Shown: in pieces, positions 13,985 to 26,523 of the stretch
How positions within the stretch are numbered: the stretch's first letter is position 1
How the letters are laid out: each line of letters begins with the position of its first letter
Assembly: GCF_009914755.1 (NCBI RefSeq)
Contig: NC_060938.1
Origin: the human T2T-CHM13v2.0 reference genome, Homo sapiens
Direction: 5' to 3' (one strand)
DNA length: 64,000 nucleotides
Program-made: the position numbers and the translations under genes
The notes under the pieces: model-generated
What the model saw: the letters and a program-made list of their open reading frames with translations, nothing else
What the model was told of the DNA's origin: nothing
Database searches by the model: none

Positions 13985-15993
13985 CTTGTACATCAAGAAA
14001 CTAGAAAAACAAGAAGAAACCAAACCCAAAGCTGGGAGAAGAAAAGAAATAACAAAGATCAGAGTAGAGCTAAATGAGATTGAGAACCAAAAAATGACAC
14101 AAAGGATCAATGAAACAAAAAGATGGTTCTTTGAAAGGATTAAAAAAATGACAGACTGCTAGCTAGTTTAACCAAGAATAAAAAGAGAGGGAAATTAAAT
14201 AAGTACAATCAGAAATGATAATGGTAGTGTTACAACTGACACCAGGGAAATACAAAAGATCATCAGAGACCACTACAAACACCTCTATGCATACAAATTA
14301 GAAAACTTAGAGGAAATGGGAAAATTCCTGGAAACATACAAACTCCCAAGATTGAACCATAAAGAAATAGAATTCCTGAACAGACCAATAATGAGTAATA
14401 GAATTGAATCAGTAACAAGAAATTTTCTAACAACAAAAAAATCCCAGGGCCAAATGGATTCACAGCTGAATTTTACTACACATACAAAGAAGAGCTGGTA
14501 CTAATCTTGCTGAAATTATTCCAAAACATTGAAGAGGAGGAATTCCTCGCTGACTCATTCTGTAAAGCCAGTATCACACTGACACCAAAGCCAGGCAAGG
14601 ACACAACAGAAACAAAACTACAGGCCAAATCCCTGATGAACATAGGTACAAAAATCCTCTGAAAAATACTAGCAAACTGAATCTAGCAGCATATCAAAAA
14701 TATAATGTATTATGATAAACTGGGTTTTATGCCAGGGATGCAAGGATAGTTCAACATATGCAAATCAACAAATGTGATGTGATTGAACTAAAACCAAAAA
14801 CCATACAATCACCTCAATAGATGGCAGAAAACCCATTTGATAAAATTCAACATCCCTTCATGATAAAAAAAAAACAAATCTCCTTACGAAACTAGGCATC
14901 TAAGGAACACAGCTCAAAATAACAACCACATATGACAAATCCACACTGAACATCACACTAAATAAGGGAATGTTGAAAATATTTGTCAGAACTGGAACAA
15001 GACAAGGATGTCCATTCTCATCACTTTTATTCAACATAGTAATGGAAGTCCTAGCCAGAGCAATTGGGCAAGGGAAAGAAACAAAAGGCATCCAACTTGG
15101 AAAGGATGAAGTCAAATTATCTTTGTTTACTGGTGACATGATTATATACCAAGAAAACCCTAAAGACTCCTTTAAAATATTCTTAGATTTGATAAACGAC
15201 TTCAGTAGTTTCAGGATACAAAATCAATATACAAGAATCAGTAGCATCACTATACACCAACAATGTTCAAGCTGAAAACCGAATCAAGAACTCAATCTCA
15301 TTGACAGTAGCCACAAAAACACAAAATACCTAGGAATAACTTTAACCAAGGAGGTGAAAGGTCTCTACAAGGAAAACCACAAACATTGTGAAAGAAATTG
15401 TACACGACATAAATGGGAAAACATGCCATGCTGATGGCTAAGATGAATTAATATTGTTACAATGTTCATACTACCCAAAGCAATCTACAGATTCAATGAA
15501 ATCCTTATCAAGTTACCAATGTCATTTATCAAAGAATTATAAAAAGCTATTCTAAAATTCATGTGGAACCAAAAAAGAGCCCAATTAGTCAATGCAATCC
15601 CAAGAAAACACATTGCCTTTCTTCAAATTATATACAAGTCTATAGTAACCAAATCAGCATACTAGTACAAAAACAGACATGTAGATCAATGAAATATAAT
15701 AGAGAACCCAGAAATAAAGTCACATACCTACCACCAACTGATCTTTGACAAAGTCAACAAAAATAAACAACAGGGAAAGTATACCCTATTAAATAAATGG
15801 TACTGAAAAAATTAGCTAGCCATACATAGAAAAATTGAAACTGGACCATCTCAAGATGAATTAATCCATCTTGAGATGGATTAAAGACTTAAATATAAGA
15901 CCTCAAACTATAAAAATACTGGAAAAAAACTAGAAAAAATTTTCTGGACACTGCCCTAGGCAAATAATTTATAATGAATTTATGATGAAGACC

Positions 15994-16960
15994 CTTCAAA
16001 TTATGTACAAAGTTATATTACCAAAATAGCATGGTATTGGCATAAAAACACATAGACCAATGGAACAGAATAGAGAGGCCAGAAATAAATTTACCCACCT
16101 ACAGCTAGTTGATTTTTGACAAAGGTGCCAAGAACATGCACTGGAGAAAAGACAGTCTCCTCAATAAATGGTGCTGGGAAAACTGGGTATCCACATGCAG
16201 AAGGAGACTAAACTCCTACCTCTCACCATATACAAAAATCAATTCAAAATGCATTAAAGACTTAAATGTAGGTCTTTTGTAAAACTACTAGAAGAAGACA
16301 TGGGGAAAATGCTTTATAACATTGAACTGGGAAAGGATTTTTTAAATAAGACTTCAAAAGCACAGGCAACAAAAACAAAAATAGACAAATGGGATTATAG
16401 CAAATGAAAAAGCTTTTGCACAGTGAAGGAAACAGAGTAAAGAGACAATCTATAGAATTAGATAAAATTCTTGCAAACAATATATCTCACAAGGGGTTAA
16501 TATCCTAACTATAAAAATAACTAAGTAGCAAAAAAAGATTAAAAATGAGTAAAACATCTTAATAGTTTTTCAAAGAAGACCTACAAATGGCCAACAGGAA
16601 TATGGAAAATGCTTCACATCACTAATCATCAGGGAAATGCAAATCAAAACCATAATAATATATTACCCTACTTCAGTCAGAATGGCTACTATCAAAAAGA
16701 CAAAAGAAAATAAGTGTTGGAGAGGATGTAGAGAAAAAAGAACACTCACACACCACTGGCACAAATGTAAATTAGTACAGCCATTATAAAAAACAGTAGG
16801 GAAGTTTCTCAAAAAATTAAAAATGGAATTACCATGTGATTCAGCAATCCCACTCCTGGGTAAAAATCCAAAGGAAATAAAATCAATATGTTAAAGAGTT
16901 ATTGAAAGACCAAATTATACCTTATAAACATGCACAACTACAATGTGTTAATTTTAATTT
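15994..16960 (+). mobile_element. L1MA-type 3' fragment with an internally deleted 3'UTR
   Basis: Second copy of the ORF2 C-terminal region (gacaaaggtgccaagaacatgcactggagaaaagacagtctc), jumping at ~16900 to an L1MA-like terminus. Confidence 0.75.
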
Positions 16961-17289
16961 TTTTAATTTAAAAATGAATATAATATATTTTGGCCTTAAT
17001 TTACCACACATATTTCTAAATACTTCTATAGCACTAAGGGTGTATTTAACTTTGCCAATGTTGATCATCAGTGGAGAAAGTATCTTCTAAAAATAACCAT
17101 TTATTAATTGATTACGGCCTACTATTTCACAAAAAAGTGTTAAATCTAGAAACCATTTCTACAGGAAAGGACATAAAGTAAGCACTCAGTCTGTCATAAA
17201 TTAATTTTCATAGAAACAAGATATGTGTTTTGTGACAAATTATATCATCTCAGTGGCTAGCTTTCCAAAGTTTGATTTAAAATTCTAAA

Positions 17290-17401
17290 TCTCTTAACAT
17301 TACGTGGCAACTTGATTGAGCCAGGATGTGCACAGATATTTCGTAACACATTAGTCTGAGTGTTCTTGTGAGGGTCTTTTTGGTTGGGGTTAACACTCAA
17401 G
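17290..17401 (+). mobile_element. MLT2 (MLT2D-like ERVL) LTR, piece 1 of 3
   Basis: gtggcaacttgattgagcc...cagatatttcgtaacacattagtctgagtg...ttaacac; continues colinearly at 32855. Confidence 0.75.
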
Positions 17402-18980
17402 GAAAAGAGCAAGTTGACTGACTGATGCAGCCAGGTGGAACAGCTGCCACCAAGGGACCAAGACAACTAGCACACTTCAAACAGACCTTCAGAGAAAAGG
17501 CACTGAGTGTGGATGAACGGAAGACACAGAAGCTGGGCTGAAGAGGGAGAAAACTGGGAACCCTATATGGAGATACTGTGCATCTGGACTCATTCCTGGT
17601 CCCCAGTGGCTGTGGGGGAACACGTGAGTTGAACTGACAAAGAGCACCCTGCTCTCACCATGGTCCTCTGAAACCCCAGCAGAAAGAGATCCTTTGACCA
17701 CCATGAACACTCAAGTAGGCAAGGAAAGCTACTTAAATAGTGGTAGGGGCAGTAAGCCAGCTGATGTAGAGCCCAGAGTGTTTGGTGCAAGAGCATCTGT
17801 AGCAGTGCATGGCCAGGGATGGCCATCCCCCTAGGCTCAACTTGCTCCCATAGGAGACCTTAGCCCTAGGGGAATTGCCAGACCTGAACTCTGCAGGATG
17901 GTCTTGCCCATAAGATAAGGCCAGTCTAATGTGAGCACCCCTGATCTGCTGGCCTTTCCTGGGGCCCCAGCCTGGCTACACCTGCTTACAGAGTAGCCTC
18001 AGGTGACCTGGGGTTCTGCATCATAGCTTCTGCGCTGGCAGACCCTGCCTGACTGGCAGGGAGCTCCAGTGGGGTGGCCCCCACAGCTATGCACCAGCCC
18101 TCATGCTCTCTCCCCATTCTGCAGCTTCGCCCAGACCCACAAGCAACTCCCCACATTGCTTTGCTGGTGCATGTCTGCACAGGCAAGTTTTGCTTTCCTT
18201 GCCCTGCCAACATGTGAGTATGTGTGTACCCCAACCTGCTACTGCTGCAGCAAGAGTGTAGTCTTCCACCCTTCTCCCTGCCAACTGCCATTGCAGATGG
18301 AGAATTGCAGGCACAGAGCCAGCCAGCCCAATCTCTGCTAGTCCCCCACTCTTGCACCAGCACTGCCATGGGAGTGAAACTAGGAACAGAGAACAGCAGG
18401 TCCTCCCCTTCTGTGGGCAATCACTCCTGTTTGCAGTGCACAGAGAAATATTTCAGACCTGCATCTGCTAGCTCCTCACCACCGAGCCAAAACCACCACA
18501 AGAGTGACCATGCACAAAGTTGACAGCAGGGGCCTCCCACCCCCCTCCCAGCTGCATTCCCTCTGCCACTGTGATGAATACCCACAGGGAGGCAGGCATC
18601 TTGACACCCACTAACAACCTGCCACATCCAACAAGTGTGTACCCCACCATGCTGCCACTAATACTGCTACTGGCATGTGCAAATGAGGATAGATCCCACT
18701 GTCACTGCAGTATGAAATGCTTTGGCTGACATCACCCATTGGAGTGTAGTGACCACTGGTCCAGGAGCACCTCAGTCCCACCAACTATGGTGAAATACTA
18801 AACTTAAGAGACAGAAAACAAAGTTGGGGCCCAATGCAGTCCAGGAGTTGGGAGCTGAGCATTGGCCTCATAAAATCTTCCAGAAATGAAGCCAGTCAAC
18901 TGAATCCACCTTGTACCACAATGAACCCCTCAAGGTGATCAAGTATGATAAAAGAAAATTAAAAAAAAAACCCAAGTCAC

Positions 18981-21334
18981 TGTATTAGTCCATTCTCACA
19001 CTGTTAATAAAGACATACCCAAGACTAGGTAATTTATAAAGAAAAAACGGTTTAATTGGCTCACAGTTCAGCAAGGCTGGGGAGGCCTCAGGAAACTTAC
19101 AAACATGGTCGAAGGGGAAGCAAATATATCCTTCTTCAAATGGCAGCAGCAAGGAGAAATGCTGAGCAAAAGAGGGCAACCTCCTTATAAAACCATCAGA
19201 TCTCATGAGAACGTACTATTATGCGAACAGCATGAGGGTCCACCCCCATGATTAAATTACCTTCCACTGGTTCCCTCCCATGACACATGGGGATTATGGG
19301 AACTATAATTCAAGATGATATTTTGGTGGGGACACATCCATACCATATTATTCTACCCCCGGCCCCTCCCAAATCTCATGTCCTCAGATTTCAAAACACA
19401 ATCATGCCTTTGCAACAGTCCCCCAAAGTCTTAGCTCATTCCAGCATTAACCCAAAAGTCCAAGTTCAAAGTCTCGTCTGAGATAAGGCAAGTCCCTTCC
19501 ACCTATGAGCCTGTAAAATCAAAAGTTAGTTAGTTACTTCCTAGATACAGTGGGGGTACAGGCACTTGATAAACACGCCCTTTCCAAATGAAATAAATTG
19601 GCCAAAACAAAGGGGCTACAAGTCCCATGCAAGTCTGAAATCCCACAGGACAGTCACTAAACCTTAAAGTTTTAAAATGACCTTCTATGACTCCATGTTT
19701 CATATCCAAGTGACACTGATGCAAGATTGGGCTCCCACAGCCTTGGGCAGCTCTGCCTCTGTGGCTTTGCATGGTACAGCCCCCTCCTGGTTGCTTTCAC
19801 AGCTGGCATTGAGTGTCTGTGGCTTTTCCAGGCCCACAGTCACAAGCTGTAGGTGGATCTACTATTCTGGAGTCTGGAAGACAGTGACCCTCTCTTGCCC
19901 TCACTCCACTAGCCAGTGCCCCAGTGGGGACTTTGTGTGAGGGCTCCAACCTCACATTTCTCTTCTGTACTGCCCTAGCAGACATTCTCCATGAGGGCTT
20001 CACTCCTGCAGCAGACTTCTGCCTAGACATCCAGGCATTTCTATACATCCTCTGAAATTTAGGCAGAGGGGCCCAAGCTCAGTTCTCATCCTCTGCACAC
20101 CCGCAGGCCCAACACCATGTGGAGATTGCCAAGGCTTAGGGCTTGCACCCTCTGAAGCAACAGCCTGAGCTGTACCTTGGCCCCTTTTAGTCACAGCTGG
20201 AGCAGCTGGAACACAGGGCAACAAGTCCTGAGGCTGCACACAGCAGGGGGGCCCTAGACCCTGCCCAGGAAACCATCTTTCCCTCCTAGGCCTCCAGGCC
20301 AGTGATAGGAAGGGCTGCCGTGAAGGTCTCTGACATGTCCTGGAGGCGTTTTCCCTATTGTCTTGGTGATTAGAATTTAGCTCCTCTTTACTTATGCAAA
20401 CTTCTGCAGCCAGCTTGAGACTTGAATTTCTCCCTCAAAAATTGGTTTTTCTTTTCTGCTGCATCATCAGGCTGCAAATTTTCCAAACTTTTATGCTCTG
20501 TTGCCTCTTGAATGCTTTGCTGCTTAGAAAATTTATTCCACTAAATACCTTAAATTATCTCTCCCAAGTTCAAAGTTCCACAGATCTCTAGGACAGAGGC
20601 AAAATGCCACCAGTCTCTTTGCTAAAGCATAAGATTTTGAAGAGTCACCTCTGTCCCAGTTCCCAAAAAGTTCCTATTCTCCATCTGAGACCACCTCAGC
20701 CTGGACTTTGTTGTCCATATCACTAACAGCATTTTGGTCAAAACCATTCAACAAATCTGTAGGAAGTTTCAAAGTTTCCCACCTCTTTCTGTCTTCTGAG
20801 CCCTCCAAGTCTATAGGAAGCTCCAAACTTTCCCACATTTTCTTGTCTTCTTCTAAGCCCTTCAAACTGTTCCAATCTCTGCCTGTTACCCAGTTCCAAA
20901 GTTGCTTACCCATTTTTGGATATCTTTACAGTAGTACCCCACTCTCTGCAGTAACAATTTACTCTATTAGTTTGTTCTCATGCTGCTAATAAAGACATAC
21001 CAAAGACTGAATAATTTATAAAAGAAAGAGGTTTAACTGACTCACAGTTCAGCATGACTGAGGAGGCCTCAGGAAACTTAAAATCATGGCAAAAGATGAA
21101 GCAAACATGTCCTTCTTTACATGGCAGAAACAAAGAGAAGTGCTGAATAAAAGGAGGAAAAGCTCCTTATAAAACCGTCAGATTTTGTGAGAACTCACTA
21201 CTATGAGAACAGCATGAGGGTAACCACCCCCATGATTAAATTACCTCTCAGCAGGTCCTTCCTACAACACATGGGAATTATGGGAACTATAAATCCAGAT
21301 GAGATTTGGGCAGAGACATAGCCAAACCATATCA
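18981..21334 (-). mobile_element. Full-length THE1C-like MaLR (LTRs 18981-19350 and 20963-21334)
   Basis: tgtattagtcc...aaccatatca termini, gaagcaaacatgtccttc motif and THE1-int between the LTRs. Degenerate TSD gtcac/atcag. Confidence 0.92.
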
Positions 21335-23035
21335 ATCAGCAACCTCAAAGATTGAAGGAACATAAGTCCATGAAGATGAGAAAGAACCAGCACAAGAACC
21401 CTGACCACTAAAGAGCCAGAGTGCCTTCTTTCCTCCAAACAACTACATCAACCCTCCAGCAAGCATTCAGAAACAGGCTGAAATGGCTGAAATGAGAGAA
21501 ATGTAGTTCAGAACATAAACAGAAATGAAGATCATTGAGCTATGGAAGTACATTGAAACCCAGTCCAAGAAAGCAAAGAATCACAATAAAACAATGCAGA
21601 AGTTGATAGACAAAATAGTATAGAAAATAATGTAACCAACCTGATAGAGCTGAATAACACACTACAAGAATTTTCATAATGCAATCACAAGTATTAATAG
21701 AAGAATAGACCAAGCAGAGGAAAGAATCTTAGAGATTGAAGACTGGCTTTCTGAAATCAGACAGACAGTAGTAGAGAAAAAAGAATGAAAAAGAACAAAA
21801 CCTCTGAGAAATATGTGATTATGTACAGAAAGCAAATCTACAACTCATAGGTGTCTCTGAAAGAGATGGGGAGAATAAAATCAAGTTGGAAAACATGTTT
21901 CAGGATATCATCCATGAGAACTTCCCCAAACTAGCTAGAGAGGACAATATTCAAATTCAAGAAATGCAGAGAAGCCCAGTAAAACACCTCACAAGAAGAT
22001 CACCACCATAATACATTAATTATCAGACTCTCCAAGGATAAAACGCAAGAAAAAATGTTAAAGGCAACTTCAGAGAAAGGCCAGGTCACTTACAAAGAAA
22101 AATCCATCAGACTAACAGTGGTCCTCTCGGCTAAAACCCTAAAAAGACAGAAGAGACTGGGGGCCAATATTCAACATTCTTAAAGAAAAGAAATTCCAAC
22201 CCATAATTTCATGTCTGGTCAAAGTACAAATCGTAAGTAAAAAAGAAATAACATCCTTTTCAGACAAGCAAAAGTAGAGGGAAGTTCCTACCACCAGAAC
22301 TGACTTATAAGAGTTCCTGAAGGAAGCATGAAATATGGAAAGGAAAGATCATTACCAGCCACTACAAAAACACACTGAAGTACACAGACCAGTGACATTA
22401 CAAAGCAACCACATAAACATGTTGCAAAATAACCAGCTAGTGTTATGATGACAAAATTAAATCCACACATATCAACAGTAACCTTGAATGTAAATGGGAT
22501 AAATGTTTCAATTATAAGACACAGAGTGGCAAGCCAAATAAAAAACCAAGACCCATTGGTATGCAGTCTTCAAGAGACCCATCTCACATGCAATGACACA
22601 CAGAGGTTCAAAATAAAAGGATGGAAAAAAATCTACCAAGCAAATAGAAAATGGAAAAAAGCAAGGGTTACAATCCTAGTTCCAGATAAAACAGTCTTTA
22701 AACCAACAAAGATTTAAAAAGGTAAACAGCATTAGATAATGGTACAGGGTTCAACTCAACAAGAAGACCTAACTATTCTAAATATATATGCACCCAACAC
22801 AGGAGCACCCAGATTCATAAAGCAAGCTCTTAGAGACCTGCAAAGAGACTTAGACTCCCACACAATAATAGTGGGAAACTTTAACACCCCACTGACAACA
22901 TTAGACAGATCATCAAGATGGAAAATTAACAAAGATATTCAGGACCTGAGCTCAGCACTGGATCAAACGGACCTAATAGACATCTACAGATCTTGTCACC
23001 CACCCAAAACAACCAACAGGATATAAATTTTTCTT

Positions 23036-23371
<336 letters not shown>

Positions 23372-25615
23372 TAGAGGAGATTACATAACTGGAAATAAAA
23401 CATCCTTCAGCAAATGCATAAAAACTGAAAGTATAACAACCAATATCTCAAAGCCCAGCACAATCAAATCAGAAATCAAGACTGAGAAATTCACTCAAAA
23501 CCATACATTACAGGGAAATTGAATAACCTGCACTGAATGACTTTTAGGTAAATGATGAAATAAGGGCAGAAATCAAGAAGTTATTCAAAACTAATGAGAA
23601 TAAAAATACAACATTCCAGAATCTCTGAGGCACAGCTAAGGTGGTGTTAAGAAAGAAATTTATAGCACTAAATGCCCACATCAAAAAGTTGGAAAGATCT
23701 CGAGTTAACATGCTAACATTACAACAAAAAGAACTAGAGAACCAGGAGAAAAACAACCCCAAAGCTAGCAGAAGACAAGGAATAACCAAAATCAGAGCTG
23801 AACTCAAGGAGATTGAAATGTGAGAAACCATTCAAAAGATCAACAAAACCAGGAGGTGATTTTTGAAAAAATTAATAAAATAGACTCCTAGCTAGACTAA
23901 TAAACAAGAAAAGAAAGAAGATTCCAAAAAACACAATCAGAAATGACAAGGGGGATATTACCACTGACCCCATAGAAATATAAATAACCATCAGACAATA
24001 TTATAAATACCTCTAAGCAAATAAACTAGAAAATCTAGAAGAAATTGATAAATTCCTGGACACATAAACACTCTCCCCTCTCCCAAGACTAAATCATGAA
24101 GAAATTCAACTCCTGAACATAACAATAATGACCTCTGAAACTGAAGAGATTGTACCATTCCTACTGAAACTATTCCTAAAAATTGAGGTGGAGGAACTCC
24201 TTCCTAACTCATTCTGAGGCCAGCATCATCCTGATACCAGTACCTGGCAGAGACACAACAATAAAAGAAAACTTTAGGCCAATATACTTAATGAACATTG
24301 ATGCAAAAATCCTCAACACAACACTGGCAAATCAAATCCAGCAGCACATCAAAAACTTTATCTACAATGATCAAGTAGGCTTTATCCCTGGGATGCAAAG
24401 TTTGATTCATTTATAACATAAACAGAACTATAAGAATGAACCAGCACAAGAACCCTGACCACTCAAAAAGCCAGTATGCCTTCTTTCCTCAAATGACCAT
24501 GTCATCTCTCCAGCAAGGGTTCAGAACCATGATTATCTCAATAAATGCAGAAAAGGTTTTTAATAAAACTCAACACCGCTTCATAGTAAAACTTCTCAGT
24601 AAACTAGATACTGATGGAACATACCTCAGAATAGTAAGAGTCATCAGCGACAAACCCACAGCCAACATCATACTGAACAGGAAAAAGCTGGAAGCATTCC
24701 CCTTGAAAACTGGCACAAGAAAAGAATGCTGTCTCTCATCACTCCTATTCAACATAGTAATGGAAGTTCTGGCCAGGGCAATCAGGCAAGAGAAAGAAAT
24801 AAAGGGCATCCAAATAGGAAGAGAAGAAGTCAAACTACATCTGTTTACACATGACATAATCCTATATCTAGAAAATCCCACTGTCTCAGTTCAAAAGCTC
24901 CTTAAGCTGATAAACAACTTCAGCAATGTCTCAGGATAAAAAATCAATTTGCAAAAATCACTAGCACTCCTATACATTAACAAGAGTCAAGACAAGAGCC
25001 AAATTAGGAATGATCTCCCATTCACAGTTGCCACAAAAAGAATAAAATACTTAGTAAAATAGCTAACTATCAATGTAAAAGATCTCTTCAAGGAGAACTA
25101 TGAAACATTGCTCAAAAAAATCGAGATGACACAAATAAATGGAAACATATTCCATGCACATGGATAGAAAGAATCAGTATCACTAAAATGGCCATATTGC
25201 CCAAAGCAATTTATAGATTCAATGCTATTCCGATTAAACTACCATTGAGATTCTTCATAGAACTAGAAAAAAAAACTATTTTAAAATTCACGTGGAACCA
25301 AAAAAAGAGCCCAAATAGCCAAGGCAATCCTAAGCAAAAAAAAAAAAAAAAAAAAAAGCTGGAAGCATCATGCTACCTGACTTCAAACTATACTACAGTG
25401 CTACAGTAACCAAAACAGCTTGGTATGGGTACAAAAACAGACACATAGACCAAGGGAACAGAATAGAGAACCCTGAAATAAGGCCACACACCTATATGCA
25501 TCTGATCTTTAACAAACCTCACAAAAACAAGCAATGGGGGAAAGAATTCCCTATTCAATAAATGCTACTGGGGCAACTGGGTAGCCATATGCAGAAGATT
25601 GAAATTAAACAAAAA

Positions 25616-26068
25616 TTAGGAGGAGCCAAGACGGCCGAATAGGAACAGCTCCGGTCTACAGCTCCCAGCGTGAGCAACGAAGAAGATGGGTGATTTCTGC
25701 ATTTCCATCTGAGGTACCGGGTTCATCTCACTAGGGAGTGCCAGACAGTGGGTACAGGTCAGTGGGTGCAGCGCACCGTGCGCGAGCCAAAGCAGGGTGA
25801 GGCATTGCCTCACTCGGGAAGCCCAAGGGGTCAGGGAGTTCCCTTTCCTAGTCAAAGAAAGGGGTGACAGACGGCACCTGGAAAATTGGGTCACTCCCAC
25901 CCGAATACTGCGCTTTTCCGACGGGCTTAAAAAATGGCGCACCAGGAGATTATATCCCGCACCTGGCTTGGAGGGTCCTACGCCCACAGAGTCTCGATGA
26001 TTGCCAGCACAGCAGTCTGAGATCAAACTGCAAGGCAGCAGCGAGGCTGGGGGAGGGGTGCCCGCCAT
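25616..26068 (-). CDS. ORF0: L1 ORF0-like antisense ORF (150 aa, extended)
   Basis: [20 protein letters not shown]... matches the ORF0 N-terminus; ATG at 26068; frame open to TAA at 25618-25616. Confidence 0.55.
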   Translation of the reverse strand: MAGTPPPASLLPCSLISDCCAGNHRDSVGVGPSKPGAGYNLLVRHFLSPSEKRSIRVGVTQFSRCRLSPLSLTRKGNSLTPWASRVRQCLTLLWLAHGALHPLTCTHCLALPSEMNPVPQMEMQKSPIFFVAHAGSCRPELFLFGRLGSS

Positions 26069-26523
26069 TGCCCAGGCTTGCTTAGGTAAACAAAGCAGCC
26101 AGGAAGCTCCAACTGGGTGGATCCCACCACAGCTCAAGGAGGCCTGTCTGCCTCTGTAGGCTCCACCTCTGGGGGCAGGGCACAGACAAACAAAAAGACA
26201 GCAGTAACCTCTGCAGACTTAAATGGCCCTGTCTGACAGCTTTGAAGAGAGCAGTGGTTCTCCCAGCACGCAGCTGGAGATCTGAGAACGGGCAGACTGC
26301 CTCCTCAAGTGGGTCCCTGACCCCTGAGCCCCGAGCAGTCTAACTGGGAGGCACCCCCCAGCAGGGGCACACTGACACCTCACACGGCCAGGTACTCCAA
26401 CAGACCTGCAGCTGAGGGTCCTGTCTGTTAGAAGGAAAACTAACAAACAGAAAGGACATCCACACCAAAAACCCATCTGTACATCACCATCATCAAAGAC
26501 CAAAAGTAGACAAAACCACAAAG
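25619..26523 (+). promoter_or_regulatory. L1 5'UTR internal sense promoter and antisense promoter (CpG-rich)
   Basis: Complete hominoid L1 5'UTR with many CpGs retained. Promoter function is established for this family but not shown for this copy. Confidence 0.75.

Larger units (their letters stand above)
7345..15993 (+). mobile_element. L1PB-type element (L1PB4/L1PBb-like 5' end), 3'-truncated, with nested insertions
   Basis: Starts aagatggcagattagaggc. Long GC-rich 5'UTR, ORF1 3' half at ~9655-10370, ORF2 start atgacagg at ~10434, then degenerate EN/RT peptides (11119-11439, 14970-15275). Confidence 0.85.
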
